Shown here: positions 23,690 to 36,561 of the stretch, one piece after another
Layout: every line of letters starts with the position of its first letter
Numbering within the stretch: position 1 is the stretch's first letter
Origin: Harriotta raleighana
Taxonomy: Eukaryota
Direction: 5' to 3'
NCBI GenBank assembly: GCA_050575255.1
Contig: JBNZDD010013730.1
Coordinates: 5,234,345 to 5,298,344 of the forward strand
DNA length: 64,000 nt
Made by a program: the position numbers and the translations under genes
The notes under the pieces: model-generated
The model's input: the letters and a program-made list of their open reading frames with translations, nothing else
Databases searched by the model: none
Told to the model about the DNA's origin: nothing

Positions 23690-25141
23690 TGTACTTCCAA
23701 TATTGTACCCAGATATTCAACTAGTTCATTTTTGAATCAGTTGATCAACACAGTGCAGTATCAAGTTTTCTGCTGCAAGCTTGTTCTGTGTATCCACTAC
23801 TCCATAAGAATAAAATGTTTCTCCTATTCCCTAGTCTCACTTGATAGCTTCCAAATGATACAGAGTTAAGGACATTATATCACAAGCCTTTTATTTCTCA
23901 GCCTATGTCATTTTGTTCTCCTCTAAAGGTTTAAGTCAATTACCTGCTCATGTCTATATAATTTATTTTTCTTCTGCTTAAAAAGATTTTAAATTTTTTT
24001 AAAAATCCTCGACTATTTGTGACTATGCGATTTTGTTTGGAATAGACCATGCGTTCTCTTCTCAGAGAGATGCACCCTGATCACTTAATTCCAAAAAAAT
24101 AATAGGAGGAAAGTTTGGGGACCCCAGACTTGCATTATGAATATTTAATCAGCTAATACATGAAGCTTTCCATTGGGAGCACTGTTTGGAACCTTGCTTC
24201 TCCACCTAGGACAACCCTAAACGTCAAGAATATCCTTCAGGCTTGTGGAGTTAACAGGAGCTGAGTGGCACAAAATCCAGAATTTTCAGGTTTAGTTTAA
24301 TAATGAAGCTAATTCACGTCTTTCCAACTCTTATTTAAGAAATGATCACCTTTCCAACTTTCTCCCTCTCCTAAAGGTGTAACTGACTCATAACACATAC
24401 AGTTGAACACGCACAACTGCCCAAATAGATTTTCTTCTCTGTTGGCAGACAATTCAAGTGTGGAAAACATCATAGCCAAGCCCATTACTGTCCTCAACTG
24501 ACATCCGTTCATTCACACGCTTTATGTCACTTGAGTGACTTGAGTGATCAGGAGCAGGAACCTTGGCTGCTTCAGATCTTCTCCCTGACCCGGTGGTAGC
24601 GTGGCAATTTATAACTTTATTATCACAAGGCCGAGTAAGATCAGTTAACTCAGTCCAGATCAGGATTAAAAGAGAATTCATTTTTATTTGACCACATCCA
24701 TCAAAATATATTATTTTCAGTGAAACATTCGACTGTAACAGTTCCTAACATTCCTAGTGTGTAAAAAAACTTGTCTTCAAGAGAAAAGTAGATACTGTGC
24801 TGTATTTAAAAACTTTGCAATTACAATCTTGCTGAACCTATTCTTCAGCAGCAGTTAGGGGAATCATGATCTAAAAGATTACTTTAGATGAAACCCTACT
24901 TACGTTCCTTCCTCCTGGTCGAATTAGATGTGATATGAAGTCTGGTGTGATTTCTAGTCATTTTTCACTGCACAGTTCAATTGTTTCTGAAGGATAATTC
25001 CACTGCCAAGTGAGGTAACCTTTCACTGCTGTCAAATTATTGTGGCCTAATGACCATTGTGGATCACTTTTTACTCTGATAAAGCAGTATCGTTCCAGAA
25101 TATGTAGTCAATTCATTTAACAATATAATATATTAACAATA

Positions 25142-25386
25142 TGTTCGAATTTGGAATGATTGTTCGAATTTGGAATGATCTGCCTGAAAGGGTAGTGAGG
25201 TCTGATTCGATAGCAGCTTTTAAGAGAGAACTGGATAGGTATCTGGGGAAGACGGGCTTGCAGGGTTATGGGGAGAAAGCTGGCGATTGGGGTTAATGAA
25301 AGTGACATTGCTCTGTCAGAGAGTCAGCACAGACTCGATGGGCTGAATGGCCTCCTTCCGTGCCGGAACATTCTATGATTCTATGA
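25142..25386 (+). mobile_element. CR1 3' end, same young subfamily as 3571-3977
   Basis: Near-identical to ~3767-3977; ends attctatgattctatga; 19-bp tandem duplication at its 5' junction. Confidence 0.95.
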
Positions 25387-25400
25387 ATATATTCTGTTAT

Positions 25401-25488
25401 GAAAACGCAAAATACTACAGATGCTGGAAATCTGAAACAAAAGCAGAAATTGCTGGGAACACTCAGCAGGTCAGGCAGCATCTATGGA
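25401..25488 (-). mobile_element. Penelope-type repeat arm
   Basis: aaaacgcaaaatactacagatgctggaaatctgaa...gggaacactcagcaggtcaggcagcatctatggag is the reverse complement of ~14415-14501. Confidence 0.75.
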
Positions 25489-25850
25489 GCATCTATGAAG
25501 GGCCCATGTTCCTTCATCAAAACTTGGGAGTTCACTGCCCTTTCTCTTCTAGGAATGCTTACCTTGAAGGCATTTTGCTCTTCTTTACAACATGACTTTC
25601 AATCTTCCTTTTTACCCTCTGTTAAGCACTTTGAGACAGGCTCTATTTCAAATGCAAGGATTATTATTACTATTATTACTTCCGATATTGTATCCAGATA
25701 TTCATCTTGTTGATTTTTCAAGGAATTAATCAATGCAGAGCAGTTTTCTGCAGCCATCTTATTCTATGCATCTACTACTGTTAGAATAAAATGTTTCTCC
25801 TAATCTCTAGTCTCACACTTGTAAATTAAGAAATCTGAGTGTGTGTCTTC

Positions 25851-26016
25851 CTGACTTTTGTATTCTTTCCCCCTATTTTTAAAGCCTCGTATCCCATATG
25901 CCTTCTTAACGGCTTTGTCTACCTGTCCTGCCACCTTCAAAGAGTCACTAACACAAATCCCCAGGTCTCTCTGTTCCTTCACACCCCTTAAAATTGCACT
26001 ATCTAGCCTATATTGC
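25851..26016 (-). mobile_element. CR1 ORF2 internal fragment
   Basis: ORF 25800..26096: YRLDSAILRGVKEQRDLGICVSDSLKVAGQVDKAVKKAYGIRGFKNRGKEYKSQE (CR1 ERDLGV...QVDKAVKKA motif). Confidence 0.9.
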
Positions 26017-26265
26017 CTCCACGCATTTCTTCCCCAAATAATCCTTACATTGATAAAGCGCTTTCCACATCTTATCGACGTCTCAAAGCGCTTCACAGAA
26101 TACTATAACGTCCCAAGGTAGGGACCAGAGCAGGGGGGGACTGGTCGGGGTAGGGAGAAGAAAAGAGGGAAAAAAGGGTGGAAAAGAGACAGGGACCAGA
26201 GCAGGGCTGAGGGATCGTGATAGGGGGAAGGAGAGTAGGAAAGTTGACTGTATATTTGTGGACGA
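26017..26265 (-). mobile_element. SINE tail with an inserted purine-rich L2 3'-UTR-like piece (~26107-26240)
   Basis: ataatccttacattgata...gacgtctcaaagcgcttcacagaatact, interrupted by acgtcccaagg..., resuming at ttgactgtatatttgtgg. Confidence 0.6.
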
Positions 26266-28439
26266 AATATAGGTATACTGTACATATATATATATGTGAA
26301 AAAAAGGAAGGATCTCATAAGCAATGGAGCTCTGATCACACTGACTTTCTGGTTTAGCAGTTTTATTTGAGGATGTAGGTAAAACAGTCCTAACATAACA
26401 TTTACCGGGAAGGTCAGTACATTTTATTGTAGTAAAGACCTATCTGAAAATCTCAGGAAGTGCTCAACCCCAGTAAAACATGTCCTGCCTGCACATGCTG
26501 ATGTTGAGTATTATTTCTGACGTTTCAGCCCAGGAAATTTATTGCTGCAGGAACAAGGCTTAAGTATGTACAGCACCACTTACTGATGGCCAAGGCAATT
26601 CCTCTAAGGAGGAGATAGAGCGCTGCAATCACAGCTGCTGTTATAATCATTCCAGGAATAAAAAATAAATGCATAAATAAAAAATAATGACTCTGGGGGT
26701 TAAGTGCTGAAATACATCTGCAGTAGTTCTTGGTCATAATTCATGATTCGAGGCATTAACAGCAACCATTGGTAGTGCGATGTTATTCTCAAAAACAATT
26801 CTTAATTTTTGTCATCTAGAAACTGTATATTTCCTCGTAATTACCCGATTTGAGCATGGACGAAGCATAGGAATGAAGATCTAACCAGTGCCTTTAATAA
26901 TAATCATTGTGTACAGCCCCACAATATGTTTAGCAATGTTATAAGCCATTTCTAATGGACTTTTATTAAGAACCACAATTCAAGAATCACCTAGTTTTCA
27001 TTCTCTCTCCCCATGCTCCTCAAATGATAAAAGTAATCTGAATAAACAAATGTATATGACATCCATCATTTACACTGCTGCCCTTTTATTTTGTGAATGC
27101 TGTAAAACTAATACTTAATAATGATATACTAAAAAAGAGATAAAATATGAACAGTTAAATAACACTGCAATAAAACTGTAATGAATAATTCACTCCGGAT
27201 TGTTGAAGAATGTTTTGTCACTACAATAATTAATTTGTAATTTTTCAGTGAAGCTGCAAATATAAATTCATAAAATTGGGTTATTTATTTGCATATAACT
27301 AATAAACGTTAGTTCTAAAAGATTTACTAACATAGTGCTGTAGCGTATTTTGTGTCATCAAATTGTTGGTGTCTGGTGGTTTATAATACTTTAACATGTT
27401 GGACAATAAGAATTTCTCCTACATTGTCATAAATATCTGTGGTCATTCACTTCCTTGCACGTTGTAGGACAATGTTTGCACAAAGCGGCTTTCATGATTG
27501 CAGTAAATATATAGATGCGAAAATCACCCAAACATTATAAGCAGTGTAACCAAGTGTTTTTTCACGCGCAATCGTTAATACCATACTGTCCTTTCAGTTT
27601 TGACTCTGCAAATTCAGGCCGGTTCAGACAATCAATAGGCAATCTCAATCTCTTTCTCTCCCTCTCTCTTTCTTTATTGGCTGGAGGGACGTGCAGTGAA
27701 ATGAGTTTGGGTATTTCATAGAGGAACTGGGGTCCCTAGCACTCAAATTATACAAAGCACTGATTGGCAGACTCAATTTTAACTCAATTTAGTGTACTGT
27801 TGCTTTAAGAAATACAATTGTGCTCAGCAGGACTGCCAAAGCACTGAGGAGGAGGTTGGGCTGTTTTACAGCTAAGTGCTTTTTTGTCAGCTGAAATAAA
27901 ATCTCATGCGGTTATATTGTCAAAATTGTGTTACTGAACCTCCCAATATGACAAGGTATCGGAGTGATTTTATACTCAACAATAAAAAGCAAGTCTTCAT
28001 TGAAAAGGGAAGAATAATCCCAAAGTTTTATATCTGAGCAGAGCCTGAGCCTGAAAAGCAGTAAAATTATTGTCAAGCTCTTATCAATTGCAGTTGTTTT
28101 GATGTGATGATTTTCAGCCATTGCAGTGCACATTCCCTTTATTTCAGACATTTATTTTAACACTGCACACTGATACACATCCTGGGAACCTACTGTCTAC
28201 CAACTATCCAGTTGTTCATGCACAGACACACCGGACAATATTTCTGACTCCATTCTCAAAAGAAGATCTGTTTTATATGTTTTTAAAGTTAAGTCAGTGA
28301 GTATGTGAATATGGGTATGTGAATATCATCTACTTCATCGTGCAATTCGTACAATATCTGATACCAATAATGCTTCATTTCCTCTAATAATACAAAGAAT
28401 TGTATTTGCTCTAGTGTAACATAGACAGACCTCACAGTT

Positions 28440-28620
28440 CTTTACAGGTGAAGATCGCCGAGTGTAATGACTATTTTTGTGGGCAAAGATGGCAATTTCA
28501 TTCACAGCAAAGTCCCACAAAATGGCATGTGGTGATTGACCACTTAAACTGGATGATTGTTGGCCAGGAAACTCATATCTCTTTTAAAATTATCCAATAG
28601 CCTTTTTCCACATTCTCAAA
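28440..28620 (-). mobile_element. Decayed Deu-type SINE 3' part
   Basis: gtgtaatgact...tgtgggcaaagatggcaatttcattcacagcaaagtcccacaaa...tgacca...ttggccagga. Confidence 0.45.
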
Positions 28621-28849
28621 ACCGTCCCAACTCTCAAATCAGCCACCGTTTGTGCAATCTGGTAAGATCTTTATCCTCTATCTTTTGCATGCGATGTTCT
28701 GATGGGAGCGATTTCCGTCTATCTATGGGGCTTGTGACACAGTGGCACTTTGGTCTGTAGAAATACTTTCCTACAAAACATTCCCTCTCTATTTTGCCAT
28801 ACTCATTATAATTTGCTGGTAATTTTCAATTTCTTCCTTTCCTTGCCTG

Positions 28850-29045
28850 CTATATTATTGCTTTTTTTCCCCCTGTCTCTACTGCATTTTGGTTCATACA
28901 ATTTACAACTCCAACTACTGTTAAAGATGCTTACACATCCTGGGATCCTACTGCTTACTGGTACTAATGCTTTAGTGCTTTTCCATTTGTCGGGCAATCT
29001 ACTGTACCCAAGCTCTCCAAATGCCTTAGACAGTATTGGCACTAC
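28850..29045 (-). mobile_element. Decayed CR1-like RT N-terminal fragment
   Basis: ORF 28806..29042: ILSKAF...LPDKWKSTKALVP...VSI...SCKLYE, cf. LPxxWKxAxVxP...RPVSL.S..CKL.E. Confidence 0.6.
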
Positions 29046-31219
29046 TATGTGTTACCACATTTCCTTCCTTCATTATGTTTTGTGGGCTTGTCTACCCACA
29101 ACAATGTGCTCACATTATTACTCCACAACACTAAGGACTTATAGAGCCTTGTTTGCAAATTTGAGCCTTTCTCTAATTGTTGCTGCATTAGATTTATCGG
29201 AATTTTACTCTCACCAGCTGTGTTCTTAGATTTTGTTGAACGAATTTGGGGAAAAGTGTACCTTTACTGTTTCAGTTGCATGAATTGTTCATTGTCACAG
29301 CTACAATGTCTTCAGCTGTTCTTTTTTTCCGTTCCCATAAACAAATTCAGATTATTCGCTCAACAGTTTGGAATAATGGAATAATAATATTGTTCACTTT
29401 GTCAAAAATACATGCTTTATTTTTAGTTTCATTGTAAAATGGAATTTCGACCCCAAGATATTTAAAGCAGGTACATGAATACAACAATTAACTGCTCTTT
29501 TATGTGTACATTGTTCGTAACATTTGCCATTGTAGATAATTCATCTGCTTAAAAAACATGCAAATGCATTTTACCTAAAATCAATTTCATAATGTGTACT
29601 TTTGATATTACTGATATATTTTTCTGCACATCAAATAACTGAGTACAGTACTTATATATTTTTATTGTCTGTCATTGTAATCCTCTCAACATAAATAAAT
29701 TTCTTTGCAGAAAATCAAGATTATTTTTGAAGAACACTTGTGCTCCTTGAATTTAGGAGGGAATTGTACACTTGAATTGTATAGTTTGTTTGATGAATTG
29801 CTCCATGTTTCCTTTAATCCTTATTTCTAATGTTTTATAATCAACAAAGTCTATTTCCTATAGAGCAAAGAGCGTGCATCAGCTAAGATTCAGAAGTCTC
29901 CACTTTTCCCCTATTGCTTCTGCGGGTAATTATCACCACGGCAAATATCCAGCTCTATCAATATTGCCTTCAAACTGGTAAGCAGCCAGGATCTTCAGTG
30001 TTACTGACGATCACCAATGATGCCATTGTTCCCATGAATTTTCTCGTGTGTTATTTTCAAATGATTCCAATATATTTGCGTTATTCAACGCACATCATTG
30101 GCTTGGCACAGTGATAGTTTACAAGCAATGGTGTGTTACCTTGAAAGGGATTCTGATAATGTGGTTATTGAGGCTGAATAGAGAAAAGCACTTTTTTTTT
30201 TATTGATCCCGTAACACATGATTGTGTTTTTTCCTCTAGATCAAGTAATGCGATGATGTTTCTTCATTTACAGTATTTGTGCTCTACCTTTCAAGAATGC
30301 TTGAGGATGTCAGTGGCAGGCCACTCATAAATGACCAATTTCCCCAAGTATTCCTATTGCATAGAACAGTACTTACAAAGATTTTTTTCAAAAAAAGTGG
30401 CATTTTCAGCACGCTTACTTGGACTGAACCCTTTCCAAAGCTACTTCATGGCCTCTCATCATTGAAGATTGTGAGATCAATCAATACACTTGTCAATTAA
30501 TAACCGAACACACCTTGAACATAAACAGCTTTTATTCAGACACTGAGGTATGACTGAATAAACACACCACTTTTCTTTAGTCAGTAAATTAAAAAAATTC
30601 TCCAGCGCTTTGGTTGCCCTACTGACGGGAAAAGTGGTATGTGAATATAATTTGCTGTTGATTCTGTTGGAAATCTATGAATATATTGAACATCTGAAGG
30701 AATTCCTTGCTTATGGTTCCTGTTTTCTTCACTACAAAATATCCCATTATGCCAGGCATTGTATATTTAAATCTTTATTTAAACGCCTTGCTCTCAAACC
30801 CAAGGAGAAAGTTGAACTTAAAAAACCTTATTGTGACTTCCCTGAGTTAAAACAACAGAGTAGCGGCTCGGGTTAACCTTTCTAAGGGGAGTTTGGGTTG
30901 ATATGAAAAGTGACCGCAATGCTGGGTCTGTTATTGAGTTCAAATGATTAAAATGTTTCATTCCCTCCTACAGTTATACCATGCATGTATGTACAGTACT
31001 CTACATTGAAAAAACTCATTTTTTCTATCAGCTTGTTGGTTAAAAAAAACCCTCTGGATTGCTGATCTTTTGCAAATACGTCAATTTCAAAAGATGTGGA
31101 AAGGTTCAAAACCAAATGCAGGAAGTCAGTGAACGAGTCCCTGTTAATACTTGCTCGTTAACGAAATCTGCCATTTTAAAAGTCGCTGCAACTGTGTGGC
31201 AATAAGCAGAAATGACTGA

Positions 31220-31376
31220 GAGGAGCTCCCATGCTGCTACAATGGAAATTTCTTTGAGGAGGAAATGGACATCCTCATTAAGAAAGTTATGAAGAATAAA
31301 GAAATGCTGTTCGTGAAAAGCTTGACAGAATTGCCCAGGGCTAGAGATGAAATCTGGCAAGACGTGGTCATTAAAA
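31220..31376 (+). pseudogene. Myb/SANT-like DNA-binding domain remnant (PIF/Harbinger ORF1 or MSANTD/NAIF1-like)
   Basis: Frame of ORF 31265 reads NGNFFEEEMDILIKKVMKNKEMLF...RARDEIWQDVVIK, matching NFSxxExxxLxxxVxxxxxxLF...KxxxWxxI; in-frame TGA at 31217 and homology lost after helix 2. Confidence 0.65.
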
Positions 31377-32774
31377 GGAAAGGGTGGGGGTTATTCGCAG
31401 AGAGCTATAGACATTCACGAGCTTTTCCGTGGCCGGAAATGCCAGATTTTCTTTGGCAATAGGTTGGAAATGAGAACCTAAATTTTCATTGCCACTGACA
31501 AAATAATCTTTTGCAAGGAACATGTTCACAAGTCAGACGGCTCATGGTCCGATTGATCTACAAAAGAGTTGCCCACAACTTCCAGTTGAGGCCGAACGAC
31601 AGGAATATATCAACCTTGTGATAACCAATATTTAATAAACTTGATACGTCCCATAGCGTCCGTTTTTCTAAGAAGATATTCCTAAGCACAATATTGGTTA
31701 CATTGCAACTGAGGCAATGTTTTGCATTCACTGCTAATTTATTATTGCTAATTTCAAAGAGCAATGTAAATATGAACTATTTGTTCTGTTTAAACTGATG
31801 CACTCCTTGCTGGAATGTAATGAGTCCGTGTTGTTTTATGACCTGCAGATCACAGTGATCGCTGGCATTCTAATATAAGAAACACTCCATGTAACATAGA
31901 TTATAACTAAAATCCACTATTCATGTACAGCGAGTTTCCTGGGCCACATTAAGTGCAGGAACATTTCCTGCTGCAGAGAACTTCTGGCCTTATCCCTGTA
32001 ATGATATTATCTATTATATTCACTGTGATGCTTTAAGCTAAATTCGCTAATGTTATTATGAAACACAGAAATTGAGTGTGATTTTTTTTCATAAATATAG
32101 CTTCGAACTAACTAATGAGTTGGATACTTCTGCTCTTTTTAAATACTACTTGCAATAAAACACCCAGCATGGCATCAAGCATGCAATTTAAAAAAAACAA
32201 TTTGCTTGCAGGGCATGTTCAGAAAGGGGGGGAGGAGTGGGTCATCTGCATATATCTTAGGAAGAAAAATTAAATTTCTCTAAGATTGATGTCTTTAATA
32301 TTTTTTTACAGCGTAAAATTTTTCCGATGGGAATTGTTCATAAGCACAAAACTCCTCAGCAGTTTGGATCAGATATTATACTCTTTGGGATCACACATTT
32401 GAACAGTAGAGTTTGAACCCAGTACTGTGTGAATGAAAGTGTACGTAGGCTGGGGAGTTTGCTGGTGATACAAAGCAGTGAGAATATTTTGGATAGCAAT
32501 CTGGTTGACATCAGGTTGGAGTCCCAGTGTTTCATGGAACTCCAACCTCGCCAGCCTTAGCAGATCTTCATTGGGCTGCCAGTTCAATTACTTTACAGCA
32601 GTGGAGCATTCAATCCGAAGGAAGCATCTGCAAGAGGAGTGTTAGCACTATGCTCTATTTCTAACAAGATTTCTAATAAAGAAACTGAGTGGAGATGTCA
32701 TTCCAGTAACGGTATGTTTGCAAATTATGTCATACTCATGTCATGCAAGCGTTACACCTATCTCAAACACACAT

Positions 32775-32776
<2 letters not shown>

Positions 32777-32805
<29 letters not shown>
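32777..32805. repeat. (AC)n microsatellite
   Basis: Direct read. Confidence 0.95.
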
Positions 32806-32807
<2 letters not shown>

Positions 32808-33999
32808 GTGTGACACAGGCATCTATCTTGCACACACACCACACAGACACACATCTCATATGTTATGTGGGCATCACATCAGCTATGCAAAACGGACATA
32901 TCTTAACAGTGTGAAAATGACTACAGGACCTCAGCTCAGAAAGCGAATTGTTTTGAAGCAGATGCATTACAGGTTGACATAACAGACTTTGTTTTTCATT
33001 TTAAGGAATCTCATTCAAATCATAACACATAAACCCTCCCCCATCACCTTCACACACAAATATACACACACATATCACTGTACACAACTGTAATTTGTGT
33101 TGGCTAATCACAGCAATGTTGGAATTTAATAGGGTATATAAAATATAGCCTTAAATAAAAGTGAGCTGTTAGCATTTATTTATGTTACTCTGAAATTGGT
33201 TGTATTTTACTGTCATTACTAGAGTGTATGCTGAATTTATAAATGACATTTTAGAACTTTAGAGTGAGCTGTCAGCAAGTGTCTGATAAGCAGAGAATAA
33301 ATTATAAAAAGCAGTTATATACTGTGTTATGCCTAGAGTGTTATGTGTTATGCATAGTCAGGTGGTAAGGCTACAAGATTGTACATCTGAGAATTGGAGA
33401 GCGTAAGCCAATAAATTGCTGAATCAGTCCTTATTTTGACTAGCAATAGAGCTGACACAGCTAGTTCATCTGGGTTCACAGGCCAACAAAGCCACTCTAA
33501 CTTGGAATACATGATCTGTTCCCTATGGGATTGTCATAGGGAACAAAGGAAACCACAGAGGGAGATGAACATGAGATTCCCTGGCAATGCTAGAGCTGTG
33601 AATAAGCAGACCAGAGGAACTGTTCCTCTTGAGAAGAGGAAGAGCAGATACGAGAGGAACTAAAGCTGAAATGAGACCTGAGGTTAGACACAAGAGGGCA
33701 ATGTGAAGGAGGGAGACGAGACAGACTGCTGCAGTTAAAGCCTGAAGCTGACTAGCTAAATACTGGAGATCAAAGAAAAAAGGAAGTACTATGTTTTTCA
33801 GAAATCACTGGAAGTTGACATTATTTCAAGGATTACATTTGACTTTGTTAGGATTTGCACGGAATAAACTTCTTTTTCGCTTTTACACTTCAAAATCGTC
33901 ACAAATTGGTGTCAATCCGGGTCCATTATCGTACTTTCACATAAATCCAGATTTCAAGTGGATAGTCTGGGCTGCCATTCCAGCACCATGCAGGAAGAA

Positions 34000-34222
34000 C
34001 GCTACAGAGTTGGAGTTACCCTCCTTTGGATGGGAAGTCAAATTCTGGTCGAGCTTGCCTGTGCAGGTGGACGTTAAAAATCCCATGGCACTCTTCAAAA
34101 GGAGAAAGGTGATTCTCCCTGTGGCCTGGCCAAGTGAATGGACATTCACTTCATAGATGCTATTGAGAAACCATTTTGCATAAACTGACCGCTGCATTCA
34201 CCAACAAATGCAGTCACCACAC
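34000..34222 (+). mobile_element. Deu-domain SINE core fragment
   Basis: cctttggatg...caggtggacgttaaaaatcccatggcactcttcaaaaggag...ttctccctgtggcctggccaa; shares its core with 10750-10822. Confidence 0.7.
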
Positions 34223-34458
34223 TTTACCTCAACCCCTTTGCCTCACCCCCTCCTTTCCCATCTTCAGATTGCGACTGAAGATCTTTCTCTTCGACAGTGG
34301 TTTCGGTCACCATCCCCCTCCCCGTGGCTCGGCCTCGGGCGCTGCCACAGTGAAGCACTCGGAGACGCCGCCCGNCGGCCTCGGGCGCTGCCACAGTGAA
34401 GCATTCGGAGACGCCGCCCAGCATGGAAGGCAGTATATCAATGCAAATTGCTGTTGTT
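34222..34458 (+). mobile_element. L2 3' fragment containing an N-gap duplication
   Basis: ctgaagatctttctcttcgac (LKIFLFD), then tail ggaaggcagtatatcaatgcaaattgctgttgtt. Confidence 0.7.
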
Positions 34459-35058
34459 GGTTACCCCAAAAGAAGTGTGAGGGTTTTTTTTTGAGGCATT
34501 TCAACATCAAAATATCCTGTATTAAATTCAAGAATAATATGCTGCATCAAATACTGTATCAAAATCTTTGTAATTTACTATTAGATGTTTTGCCATAGTG
34601 ATACAGAAAGCATGTCTTATATGTCATGAGTTACAACAGTAGATGCTGGTTGTAAGAAATGTTAATCTGTACACGGCAATTATCCAATTTAATTCAATAG
34701 CACTAAATTCCTATTATATGCATATTATTTCACTTGATTCCAGCATTGCTTTTCACAGTAGGACATCTTCCCATTGTCTTTATTAAGCCAGGATTTTCGC
34801 ACTGAATTTATAGTTTTATAATGTCACCACAATGCATCTAAAACACGTTCAACTGCTCCTGTTGTGGTGGATAGTCTTATGCTGGGGATGCAATGTGCTA
34901 ACTATAGACCAATACATAGCATGATGATACAATGCCATGCATTACAAAGTTCCCATGTGAATTCAGCATTGCTCTCCTTTCCTCCTCCACTGACCCCTGA
35001 AATCATTTGTTTTTTTGGTCAGCCTAATTCCGAAACCCATCATCTTGCGTAAGAGTAT

Positions 35059-35295
35059 CAACAGCAACAACAACAACAAAATTACACTAAAGGAAGGCAT
35101 TATCTGGAAAGGCCTATGAGGAGAGAGATCCCGTAGTCGAGCCTGGAAGTATTAAAGGTGTGAATGAGCGTTTCGGCGGCATCGGGGGTGAGGTAGTGGC
35201 GGAGCCTGGCAATATTGCGGAGGGGGTGGAAGGCTGTGACGGTCATGGAGCGGATGTGGGGGAGGAAGGATAGTTCGGGGTCGCACAAGACGCCT
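35059..35295 (-). mobile_element. L2 ORF2 fragment joined directly to an L2 tail
   Basis: ORF 35100..35288: DPELSFLPHIRS..TAFHPLRNIARLRHYLTPDAAETLIHTFNTSRLDYG; caacaacaaaattacact tail at 35059-35088. Confidence 0.9.
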
Positions 35296-36561
35296 AGATT
35301 CCTGATTGGCTTCGAGACATGGAGAGAGTATCCAAACCAAACTGAGAGTTCTATTAATCCCTCCTACGCATAGAAACTCCAGCGATGTTTATCGGAATGG
35401 AATGCACCCTCGCTCCCTGCATACCAAATTCTGGAAAGTACAGTATTAGGTGCAGGTTAGGGAGCAATGAAATGTGTGAGATCATTGCCACCATCTTCCC
35501 GTCTGCAGCTCGAGCACACATCCATTGAGTGATAGTTGACCCAGTTGGGAGTCGCTGCTCACCTCTGCAGGCCCATCAAGGTGAATTCCAGGTGCGGGTT
35601 GTGCGAATGGGTGTGCGTTCACAGTCTCAGACTTCAGGTAAAGCCTTCTGGCAGCTATGATCCCACGTGCTCTAGTTGAAATACATATTAAGTTCGTTTG
35701 GTTATCATTTTGCTGGAATCTCTTGTCAATCCCAACAATTGTCAGAGATTAACTTTCATATTCAATTTTAAGTGCAAAAAGCATTTGCTTCACCTTAAGC
35801 TGATCAAAAATCAATTTAGAGAATCGGTTAATGGAGGCGCACACACTTGAATGCCCAGGGTCATTTCATTTTCATTCTGAAAATGATAGAAACCTTGTTT
35901 TTTCCCTTCGAAAACCTCAAGTGAAAGCCTACAGTCTTGTTCAGTACCCTACATCTATCCATCAACCAAGGCATAATTCGATCGATTTGGTGATACATAT
36001 CCTCATTTCTTTGTATGTGTTTCTCCACTGTACCATTACAAATAGTTTGGGACCTTTTTTTAAACAGAAAAAAAATAGACACACAAATTTAAAATGTGGA
36101 TTGTACATTATTTCATTTTGGTTTGCAGCAATATTGAAAAGGCCACTGTTCAAGCAAAAATAAGATTAGCTATCCTCCATGTGACATTTTTGGCATTCAT
36201 GGAATGAAGTTTATCCGTTGCTTGCAACAGAAAAATTCACTTTTGCAATGAGGAATATAAACAATGCTGTTGCTTTACAGGTTTTAGCTCAACTGCGTGA
36301 GCTGTGTGCTGCTCACCACAATTTGTTCCTGAGAGCAAGGGGTAAAGAAACCATAGCCAAGAATATGCTTGTGTCTCCCTCTGCACTGTGTTATAATTTG
36401 GAATATCTGCACTTTTGTAAGGCTTCTCAGATGTTATAGAATCTAATCTTTCAAGTTACACTAAACATCACCAAGTCCCGGAAACCCACTCTATTACAAC
36501 TTGTAAATGATGCAGTTTGACAAATTATTTGAAAATCGTATTTGTTTCTACCACTTTAGTC

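Noticed and set aside
28750-29229. 159-aa plus-strand ORF as a gene
   Set aside because: Leu/Phe-rich antisense reading of a decayed CR1 RT fragment on the minus strand
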